From positions 1 to 49,442 of IMG/VR virus record IMGVR_UViG_3300010167_000030: a stretch of 49,442 bases of DNA. One strand, written 5' to 3'. The position numbers were made by a program, and so were the translations under genes. The first letter of the stretch is position 1; every line of letters begins with the position of its first letter. Below are positions 16,040 to 23,202 of the stretch, in pieces. Under the pieces are notes generated by a model. That model had not been told where the DNA came from. It did no database searches and was given only the letters and a program-made list of their open reading frames with translations. Source of the DNA: a virus.

Positions 16040-16210
16040 ATGGAAAAAGAAAAAACCATGAAAGATATTTTTAATACCTTATCGGACGAACAAAAGACAT
16101 TGTTATATTTTTTCGTTGGCAAGGCCCTTGGAAAAAGTCATTATCAAGAGGAGATTTCGCCTCCGGAGTCACTTATACTTAATCTAAAAGGAGAGAATAA
16201 AAATGGTTAG
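16040..16210 (+). CDS. Hypothetical small protein
   Basis: ATG at 16040 after GAAAGGAAAAAG. 56 aa. Confidence 0.5.
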   Translation: MEKEKTMKDIFNTLSDEQKTLLYFFVGKALGKSHYQEEISPPESLILNLKGENKNG

Positions 16211-16448
16211 ACAAGTTTTATTTTTATGCAATGGTTTAGATTGCCAGGAACTCTATGGTGGTAGCTGCTTCGAAAAGCAGTCAACATGCAAATATACGAC
16301 AAATCCTATATTTTCTAAGAATGCTGAATACGATACACTTAAATGGTTTATGGGATCATTCGTATATGTCCCCGCAAGCGAAACATTAAAAGAAGTTGAG
16401 TTAATCGAAACGTCCAAAGTAAAGGAGGAAAAATCTGATGCCATATAA
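16203..16448 (+). CDS. Hypothetical Cys-containing small protein
   Basis: 81-aa ORF with RBS AAAGGAGAG. Confidence 0.6.
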   Translation: MVRQVLFLCNGLDCQELYGGSCFEKQSTCKYTTNPIFSKNAEYDTLKWFMGSFVYVPASETLKEVELIETSKVKEEKSDAI

Positions 16449-16914
16449 ACCCGTTGATAATCTTATTATCGAAAACGCTCATGTTATATTTCGTAATTTT
16501 GCCGGAAGGGGATCGCAATACAACCGAGCCGGAAACAGAAATTTCAGTATTATTATTGACGACCCGGACCAATCTAATAAATTAGCCGAAGACGGATGGA
16601 ATGTAAAAATAAGGGTCCCTCGCAATGAAGGCGACCCATATCATTATATTACAGCCAATGTTAATTTTGAAAACATCCCCCCAAAAGTCATAATGATATC
16701 CGGAAGGCGAAAAATTAAACTCGACGAAGAATCTATTGAAGCTTTAGATTATGCCGAAATTCGTAATGCCGATGTAACGCTCCGTCCATATTATTGGGAG
16801 GTAAACGGCAAAGAAGGAATAAAAGCATATTTAAAAACTATGTACGTCACGATCGAAGAAGACGAATTCGAAGGCAAGTACCCGGACGATGTAGTATTGG
16901 CGATAGATAAATAG
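16438..16914 (+). CDS. Putative ssDNA-binding (OB-fold-like) replication protein
   Basis: 158 aa, acidic C-terminal tail ([12 protein letters not shown]), sits in the replication block. [22 protein letters not shown]...DGWNVK is a pattern I associate with phage SSB-like proteins. Weak assignment. Confidence 0.4.
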   Translation: MPYKPVDNLIIENAHVIFRNFAGRGSQYNRAGNRNFSIIIDDPDQSNKLAEDGWNVKIRVPRNEGDPYHYITANVNFENIPPKVIMISGRRKIKLDEESIEALDYAEIRNADVTLRPYYWEVNGKEGIKAYLKTMYVTIEEDEFEGKYPDDVVLAIDK

Positions 16915-16945
16915 TCATTTATATTTTTTCAAAGGAGAGAAAGTC

Positions 16946-17368
16946 ATGAATTACGATCGCCTTATTATTGAATTGCTAAATCGAACGCTGGATTTGGAAA
17001 GAGAGGTTGATGTTCTGAAAAGAGAGGTCGATGTTCTGAAAAGAGAAAAAACTTCAGAATTTAAGGTCTTAGAATCAAGTCCAAGCAATGTCATTAAAAA
17101 AATTAGCAGAAAATATGATGCCATTTCGAATTATTTACGGGAATCTAAAAACGACCAAGTAAAATTATATTTTATAGATATAGTTGAAAACCTGAAAATT
17201 GATCTGCCCCCATCGGCGTATAATCATAAATGTTTTTGGGCAAATACGAAAACTCATTCCATGGCACTTTCTTGGCTGAATGTCGGTTACAAAGTAATCG
17301 AAATTGATATTAAGAATAAATATATCATTTTTAAGCGCGCTTTTCCTAATCAGATGAGTAAGCCGTAA
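16946..17368 (+). CDS. Hypothetical protein with REVDVLK tandem repeat
   Basis: A 21-nt unit is repeated 2.3 times at 17000-17047. The C-terminal domain ...LPPSAYNHKCFWANTKTHSMALSWLNVGYKV... was not assigned. Confidence 0.7.
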   Translation: MNYDRLIIELLNRTLDLEREVDVLKREVDVLKREKTSEFKVLESSPSNVIKKISRKYDAISNYLRESKNDQVKLYFIDIVENLKIDLPPSAYNHKCFWANTKTHSMALSWLNVGYKVIEIDIKNKYIIFKRAFPNQMSKP

Positions 17369-17596
17369 AATATCGCAATTTTCTGAAAAATTGACCCCTC
17401 AGAATGCCCCACACCAAACGAAAAACATCATTCAGGCATCATAAGTCAAAAACATACTAAAATTGCACGTAGACGCTTTTAAGGGCCTTATACGCGATAT
17501 TTGCAAAATTGGCTCTTTTTAGCGTGATATTTACCAATTTATGGAACAAAAAGGAGGCGAAAAGCTATATCAGGGATTAATTTATACGATTACCAA

Positions 17597-18868
17597 TTGG
17601 ACGCTGTCCGAAAAATGAAAAATGGGTGCATCCTTTGTGGCGGGGTTGGCAGTGGAAAATCTCGTACCGCCCTCGCATATTATTATTTGAATGAAGGTGG
17701 CGATCTCTGCACAAAAAAATACGTGCCAATGAATAATCCGCCAAAAGATTTATATATTATCACGACAGCGCATAAACGCGATTTATTAGAATGGGAGGGC
17801 GAACTAACACCCTTCCTTCTTTGTACTACTTCGGAATTCAATTTATATTCTAATAAAGTTGTTGTGGATTCTTGGAACAATATTAAAAAGTATTCAGATG
17901 TCACGAATTCCTTTTTTATATTCGACGAGCAGCGTTTAGTTGGCAGGGGGGCTTGGGTAAAGTCATTTCTCAAAATTGCTAACGCTAATAAGTGGGTTTT
18001 GCTGACGGCTACCCCAGGAGACAAATGGCAGGATTATATTCCTGTATTTATTGCGAACGGCTTCTATAAAAACCGGACACAATTTGGAAGGGACCATATC
18101 GTATATTCTCAATTCTCCAATTATCCGAAAATAGATAGATATTTAAATACCGGACGTCTAATCAGATTGCGAGAAAAGATATTAGTTACGATGGACTATG
18201 ACCGCGAGACTATTTCCCACCACGAAAACATTTATGTCTCCTATGATATTTACGCTTATAAGGAAATGCTTAAAAATCGGTGGGATATTTGGAAAAACGA
18301 GCCCATTACAAATGCTAGTGGGTTTTGCTTTGCGTTGCGTAAAATTGTCAACACGGATGAGTCCCGAAGCGTCATGCTCCTGGAGTTACTCGACAGCCAC
18401 CCAAAAGCTATTATATTTTACAATTTTGATTACGAGCTTGAGATTTTAAGAAACCTTGGATATTTGCCAGGGACAGAGATAGCCGAATGGAATGGCCATA
18501 AGCATCAGCCGGTCCCGGACGGAGACGCTTGGGTATATTTGGTACAATATACATCCGGTTGCGAGGGGTGGGAATGCATCAAGACTGATACTATTATATT
18601 TTACTCTCAGAATTACTCATATAGAGTTATGACGCAAGCCGCCGGACGTATCGACCGATTAAACACACTGTATACGGATTTATATTACTATCACCTAAAA
18701 TCGAGGGCCGGAATCGACCTTGGCATTAGTCGCGCCCTAAAAAATAAAAAAGATTTTAATGAAACTGGTTTTGTGAGGAATAGGGTTAAATTCGATACAT
18801 TAATGTCAACTGGAAAAAATGAAAGGAGATTCACAGATGGAAGAAAACAAAACACACGACCCAGTTAA
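17597..18868 (+). CDS. SF2 helicase (DEAD/SNF2-like)
   Basis: Walker A GGVGSGKS, motif II FIFDEQ, motif III LLTATPG, C-terminal QAAGRIDR. The Q-motif-like LYDYQ lies in frame upstream of the annotated TTG, so the true start is probably near 17567 (see findings). Confidence 0.85.
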   Translation: MDAVRKMKNGCILCGGVGSGKSRTALAYYYLNEGGDLCTKKYVPMNNPPKDLYIITTAHKRDLLEWEGELTPFLLCTTSEFNLYSNKVVVDSWNNIKKYSDVTNSFFIFDEQRLVGRGAWVKSFLKIANANKWVLLTATPGDKWQDYIPVFIANGFYKNRTQFGRDHIVYSQFSNYPKIDRYLNTGRLIRLREKILVTMDYDRETISHHENIYVSYDIYAYKEMLKNRWDIWKNEPITNASGFCFALRKIVNTDESRSVMLLELLDSHPKAIIFYNFDYELEILRNLGYLPGTEIAEWNGHKHQPVPDGDAWVYLVQYTSGCEGWECIKTDTIIFYSQNYSYRVMTQAAGRIDRLNTLYTDLYYYHLKSRAGIDLGISRALKNKKDFNETGFVRNRVKFDTLMSTGKNERRFTDGRKQNTRPS

Positions 18869-19076
18869 CCACCCGGCCCATTACACAAGCGGGAAAATAG
18901 AGGTAATTGATTTTATTGAGGACCAGGAACTAGGATTTTGTCTTGGGAATGCAGTTAAGTATATTTCCCGGTCCGGCAAAAAAGATTTGTCAAAAGCATT
19001 TGAGGATTTGCAAAAGGCGGCTTGGTATTTAAATCGTGAATTGGAAAAATATAAGAAAGCAGGGGAAAAGCAATGA
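18837..19076 (+). CDS. DUF3310-like small phage protein
   Basis: NHPAHY..GKIEVIDFI...GFCLGNAVKYISRSGKK..DLQKAAWYL. ATG at 18837 after GAAAGGAG. Confidence 0.55.
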   Translation: MEENKTHDPVNHPAHYTSGKIEVIDFIEDQELGFCLGNAVKYISRSGKKDLSKAFEDLQKAAWYLNRELEKYKKAGEKQ

Positions 19077-19357
19077 TTAATATTTTTAAGGAAATTAAAA
19101 ACTCTATTGAGCGTAAAGCATGTTTTAAAATGCGTATGAAAGAGGGCATCGCTGTTTATCAGATGTGTAACAGTTTTCCGAATGAAAGCTTATTAATCTG
19201 TATTGGATGTGAATATTATATTAACTCGATAAAGGCTTGCTCTGGCTGTGCGTGTGGCCCCCCTGATTTATGCGGTAATTGGAATATGTGTGGCCCGCAA
19301 AAAGATTTATATGTTGATTACTTATTTGATCAATGGTTAGGAGGAGACGAGCAATGA
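19073..19357 (+). CDS. Hypothetical Cys-rich protein
   Basis: 94-aa ORF with multiple CxxC-like pairs. Confidence 0.65.
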   Translation: MINIFKEIKNSIERKACFKMRMKEGIAVYQMCNSFPNESLLICIGCEYYINSIKACSGCACGPPDLCGNWNMCGPQKDLYVDYLFDQWLGGDEQ

Positions 19358-19653
19358 GTTTAAATACTACAAAAGTTATTGATAACATACAAGTTGGGGA
19401 CTTGGTTTTAATATCTTTTGGCGCCTACAAAGAAACTATAGGTACCGTACTTGCTTTGGACGTCAGATACCCATATCCAAAGCAACGGATGAAAGGCATT
19501 TTATTGAGGCTTCATGATAACACAGAAAAAGTTATATCCTATAAAAATATCAGGATAGTTAACGATGAATTATATGAGGAGATTCGTAAAAAATACGAGA
19601 AATACAAAAAATTAGTAATGGTACTTGAACTTATTATGAAGGGGAAAATATGA
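19354..19653 (+). CDS. Hypothetical protein
   Basis: ATG at 19354 after GGAGGAG, with ATGA overlap onto the upstream stop. Confidence 0.65.
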   Translation: MSLNTTKVIDNIQVGDLVLISFGAYKETIGTVLALDVRYPYPKQRMKGILLRLHDNTEKVISYKNIRIVNDELYEEIRKKYEKYKKLVMVLELIMKGKI

Positions 19654-20009
19654 AAACCGTAAAAGAAATTGAAGTCATATTGAGGAACTCGTATGGGGCA
19701 GCTTGCTATCATGCATATTCATTATTTGATTCGTATCCGGTCATTACTGATGGGGTTAAAAACGTAGCCGATGCTGCTGAATGCTATTGGTTTCTGGATA
19801 TTATAGGAAGTTATCAGAAAGATAAAAATCTCAATAAATGGTTCCAGGTCTGGAAACTTACAAAACGCGAAGATGAAAGTTGCATCGTAGAAGGTTCCAA
19901 TGATAGAAAATTAATCATTACTCAAGAAGTCCCTTATACTGATTTTCCAATGAAAGAATTAGTATTGTGGCTTGAGAACGGCGTGATATTACTGCCGTCT
20001 GAGCATTGA
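19650..20009 (+). CDS. Hypothetical protein
   Basis: 119-aa ORF with ATGA overlap. Confidence 0.7.
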   Translation: MKTVKEIEVILRNSYGAACYHAYSLFDSYPVITDGVKNVADAAECYWFLDIIGSYQKDKNLNKWFQVWKLTKREDESCIVEGSNDRKLIITQEVPYTDFPMKELVLWLENGVILLPSEH

Positions 20010-20027
20010 GAAAGGGGGTAATCAAAA

Positions 20028-20237
20028 ATGACTAAAATGGAATACGTATGCGGTAAAGTATCCCAGCAAGTTATGGACAGAATCCTCGAATATGTAAAAC
20101 AAGGCTATGACGTACTGAAAATGGATATATCTTGGGTTCCCATCGGTAATTCTAATGATATTGTTATGGAAGCCTATATTATTGCGATTCTATCGCTAGA
20201 AGGGAACGAATCGGATGAAAAATCTTGCCCTTCTTAA
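20028..20237 (+). CDS. Hypothetical protein
   Basis: 69-aa ORF with RBS AAGGGGG. Confidence 0.6.
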   Translation: MTKMEYVCGKVSQQVMDRILEYVKQGYDVLKMDISWVPIGNSNDIVMEAYIIAILSLEGNESDEKSCPS

Positions 20238-20592
20238 TAAAATAATTGCGGTTGATTTTGATGGAACCCTTTGTGAAAACGCATGGCCGGATATTGGTGC
20301 TCCAAATGAAAGCCTAATTATATTTCTGAAAGAAGAAAAAAGTAGGGGTAGTAAATTGATATTGTGGACCTGTCGAATCGGAGAGAATCTGGATGCTGCC
20401 GTGACCTGGTGCAAACAACGCGAATTGATATTTGACGCTGTCAATGAGAACCTGCCCGAGACGATTTTATTTTTCGGCGGCGATACGAGAAAGGTATTTG
20501 CACATGAGTATATAGATGATCGTTCTTATATTTTTTCATGGCGAAAGGAGAACAATAATGGGAATGTTAGACTGGGCGAGGAAAGAAGTTAA
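20215..20592 (+). CDS. HAD-superfamily phosphatase-like protein (possible nucleotidase)
   Basis: N-terminal IAVDFDGTL is HAD motif I (DxDGT). 125 aa. Confidence 0.55.
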   Translation: MKNLALLNKIIAVDFDGTLCENAWPDIGAPNESLIIFLKEEKSRGSKLILWTCRIGENLDAAVTWCKQRELIFDAVNENLPETILFFGGDTRKVFAHEYIDDRSYIFSWRKENNNGNVRLGEERS

Positions 20593-21235
20593 GTTGGCTT
20601 GCGAAAAGGAAGCCGCTACCGAAGAAAACAATGCTTTAAAAGGGTATGGCGCTCATTGCTATAAAAGCGCCCTTAGAGCATTTAAGAAACTTATTAATGA
20701 CCGTCATAGCGGATTCGGTATCATGATAACTCGGCAAATATTAAATCGTCTTATTGATGGAAAACCCCTTACTGAAATTGAGGATACCGATGATATTTGG
20801 AATCTGATAACCGACGAAAAGGAGGACTATAAATTGTATCAATGTAAACGCATGAGTGCTTTGTTTAAATATGTTTACAACGATGGGACAATTAAATATG
20901 ACGATATTAACCGCTATTATTGCGTTGATGCTTATGACCTTGAAGGAACCTATAGTTTAAAATTAGTCGGGGATATTATAAATGAATTATATCCGATCAC
21001 GATGCCGTATTATCCCGGAAAGAAAATGAAAGTTTATTGCGAAACGTTTCTTACCGACGAAGCCAATGGAGACTTCGATACTGTAGGTGTGTTTTATATT
21101 CTTAAGCCAGAACTTGAGAAAATTAAAATCAATCGGTTTTTTAAGGTAGGAGAAGATGGTTGGATCGAAATTAAAAAGAACGAATTCAATGAGAGGAAAA
21201 AGGTAAAAATATCATGTTGTGGAACCGAGAATTAA
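20558..21235 (+). CDS. Hypothetical protein
   Basis: ATG at 20558 after GAAAGGAGAACAATA. 225 aa. Confidence 0.7.
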   Translation: MGMLDWARKEVKLACEKEAATEENNALKGYGAHCYKSALRAFKKLINDRHSGFGIMITRQILNRLIDGKPLTEIEDTDDIWNLITDEKEDYKLYQCKRMSALFKYVYNDGTIKYDDINRYYCVDAYDLEGTYSLKLVGDIINELYPITMPYYPGKKMKVYCETFLTDEANGDFDTVGVFYILKPELEKIKINRFFKVGEDGWIEIKKNEFNERKKVKISCCGTEN

Positions 21236-21375
21236 TAAAGAATAAAATCATAGCATTGCTGCTTGTTTTTGTCGGGGCATTAAATATTTTAGTTAATAAG
21301 GATGCCACAATTTTTATATTTACATTAATTATTGGGTTCCCATTATTTTTTTCGAAAGAAAATTGGATTGTATAA
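21214..21375 (+). CDS. Possible small (53-aa) two-TM peptide
   Basis: MLWNRELIKNKIIALLLVFVGALNILVNKDATIFIFTLIIGFPLFFSKENWIV. Not in the ORF track; weak RBS. Confidence 0.3.
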   Translation: MLWNRELIKNKIIALLLVFVGALNILVNKDATIFIFTLIIGFPLFFSKENWIV

Positions 21376-21396
21376 TTCTAAAAAATATGGTAAAAT
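21368..21396 (+). promoter_or_regulatory. Canonical sigma-A-type promoter (extended -10)
   Basis: TTGTAT, 17-nt spacer ending in TGg, then TAAAAT. Fires into the repeat array. Confidence 0.5.
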
Positions 21397-21500
21397 ATAA
21401 GGGAGAAAATTACCAATTTTTTCGACTAAATGGTTGTGTTAAACATGGCCTTTTAGTTTTGGAAAATTGGATAATTATGTAAAAAAATGATATTTTTCCT

Positions 21501-21782
21501 AGCCCACTTTTGTTTTCTGAAAATGGGCTTTAGCCCACTTTTTTTGGGCTTTTTTCGCTTCAAAATTGGAAGCTGGGAATATTTACCATTTTTAGCCCAC
21601 TTTTTGTGGGTTTTAGCCCACTTTTAAAATCAAAAGTGGGCTTGAAAGAATATAGCATTTGCAAGGGTTTGAAGGTGGTTTTTTGGCCAAAAGCCCACTT
21701 TCCCACTTTTTTTCCCTATTAAATGCGATAGAAAAAACAATATATATATATAATAGGGGGGTTAAAAGTGGGTTTTTGGGCT
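21501..21782. repeat. Iteron-like array of AGCCCACTTT(T) in both orientations, plus AT-rich tract
   Basis: Full forward copies at 21501, 21532, 21594, 21615 and 21692. Inverted copy at 21632-21642, forming an 11-bp perfect palindrome with the 21615 copy. Partial copies at about 21521, 21541, 21601, 21702 and 21764. (TA)n at 21741-21755. No ORF across 21376-21843. Confidence 0.85.
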
Positions 21783-21843
21783 TTGATGACTATGACAATA
21801 AAATGGTGACGAGATAAAAAATCGAAAAAGGGGATAAAATTTT

Positions 21844-22212
21844 ATGGGATTTGAATTTATTTTTGGTAATAAATATTTGGGAAAATCTAGGTTTATTTCT
21901 GACAAAGAAATGGACAAAATAGATTTTAGAAATCGTAACGACGATAGCATACCATGTGTCGTTAAATGTTTTTCGTGTGGGATCTATATGGATTATAAAA
22001 AAGGGGACCGAGGAATATTTGATAGCTATTGGGTATGTCCGTCATGCAAAAGAAAAATTAAAGAGGAAGCGATATATAATAAGCTCGAAAAAGAAAACGA
22101 ATATTGGTTAAAGAATAACATGCCTTCTCTGAATGACGAACCTGAATGTTGTATAGCATGTGGTGGACCATGGCCATATTGCAAAACGACATGTAAAATA
22201 TTTGACGCTTAG
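21844..22212 (+). CDS. Zinc-finger-rich hypothetical protein
   Basis: CVVKCFSCG...WVCPSCKRK...CCIACGGPWPYCKTTC. Confidence 0.7.
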   Translation: MGFEFIFGNKYLGKSRFISDKEMDKIDFRNRNDDSIPCVVKCFSCGIYMDYKKGDRGIFDSYWVCPSCKRKIKEEAIYNKLEKENEYWLKNNMPSLNDEPECCIACGGPWPYCKTTCKIFDA

Positions 22213-22249
22213 ATATTTTTAACAGATGAATATTAGTGTTTTTATAAGG

Positions 22250-22274
22250 CCTATATCGCTTGATATGGGTTTTT
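22250..22274 (+). terminator. Rho-independent terminator
   Basis: CCTATATC-GCTT-GATATGGG (one U-G pair) followed by TTTTT. Confidence 0.65.
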
Positions 22275-22292
22275 ATATTTGGTAAAATTTGT

Positions 22293-22322
22293 CACGCGAA
22301 AAAAACATTCACTTTAATGAAG
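22293..22322 (+). promoter_or_regulatory. Phage promoter-like motif copy P6 (upstream of the nuclease and RNAP-candidate genes)
   Basis: CGCG(22295)-AAAAAA-ACA-TTCAC-TTTAAT-GAAG. A degenerate second copy follows at about 22327-22356. Confidence 0.55.
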
Positions 22323-22382
22323 AAAGAGGCATTTTTCTAAAAAAAAGCACTTTCTTTAATTCTTGTTTGGGAGGTCCTTATT

Positions 22383-22670
22383 TTGGAAAAAGATTTTCAA
22401 AAAGCACTCATCAAAGAACTGAAAGAAAAGTTCGATGGATGTATTGTTATGAAAAACGATTCGAATTATATTCAAGGAATCCCGGACATACTTGTGCTTT
22501 ATAAAAACAAGTGGGCGGCATTAGAGTGTAAAGAAAATAAGAAAGCTAAGAAAAGGGCAAACCAAGAATACTATATTCAACGAATGAACAAAATGTCATT
22601 TTCGAGTTTTATTTATCCGGAGAATAAGGAGGAAGTATTAAATGAACTTCAACGATCATTCAGAACTTGA
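22383..22670 (+). CDS. VRR-NUC-type nuclease
   Basis: QGIPDILVLYKNKWAALECKE...ANQEYYIQRM fits the G-x-PD...E-x-K...Q pattern. TTG start after GGGAGG. Confidence 0.6.
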   Translation: MEKDFQKALIKELKEKFDGCIVMKNDSNYIQGIPDILVLYKNKWAALECKENKKAKKRANQEYYIQRMNKMSFSSFIYPENKEEVLNELQRSFRT

Positions 22671-23199
22671 AGGAGATCATGCTTTTCTTAGCCCAAGTAA
22701 ATATCATTGGATTAATTATGACGAATTGAAATTAGCAGAATCATATTCCAAATTTATGGCGACGCAAAAGGCAGTTGTCATTCATTCGTTCGCGGCTACG
22801 TGTATCGACCTTGGGCAGAAATTACCTAAATCACAAAAGACATTAAACACATATGTGAACGATGCTATTGGATATAAGATGACGCCAGAACAAGTTTTAT
22901 ATTATTCCATAAATTGTTTTGGGACGGCCGATACAATTTCGTTTCGTAACGGTCAACTTAGAATTCATGATTTGAAAACCGGAGTAGTTCCCGCCAACAT
23001 GGGGCAATTAGAAATTTATACTGCTCTTTTCTGTTTGGAATATACGAAGAATCCTAATGATATTGAGATAGAATTAAGGCTTTATCAAAATAATGAAATT
23101 ATATTTCACCATCCTGATCCAAAAGAAATTACTTTAATAGTCGATAAAATAATTAAATTCGACAAAGTAATAAACCAAATCAAAGAACGGGAGGAATAA
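22642..23199 (+). CDS. PD-(D/E)XK (Cas4/RecB-like) nuclease
   Basis: GTADTISF..GQLRIHDLKTG....MGQLEIYTALF fits D...D-x-K...Q..Y. Confidence 0.6.
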   Translation: MNFNDHSELEGDHAFLSPSKYHWINYDELKLAESYSKFMATQKAVVIHSFAATCIDLGQKLPKSQKTLNTYVNDAIGYKMTPEQVLYYSINCFGTADTISFRNGQLRIHDLKTGVVPANMGQLEIYTALFCLEYTKNPNDIEIELRLYQNNEIIFHHPDPKEITLIVDKIIKFDKVINQIKEREE

Positions 23200-23202
23200 T
23201 CC

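Noticed and set aside
21501-21782. Possible CRISPR array, given the many short repeats in a non-coding gap.
   Set aside because: The repeat unit is only 10-11 nt. Spacing is irregular (about 10 to 60 nt), copies occur in both orientations, many are degenerate, and no cas genes are present. An iteron or operator array fits better.
22289-22504. 71-aa + strand ORF overlapping promoter copy P6 and the start of the VRR-NUC gene.
   Set aside because: It starts inside the promoter motif, has no SD, and is out of frame with and overlaps a motif-supported CDS.
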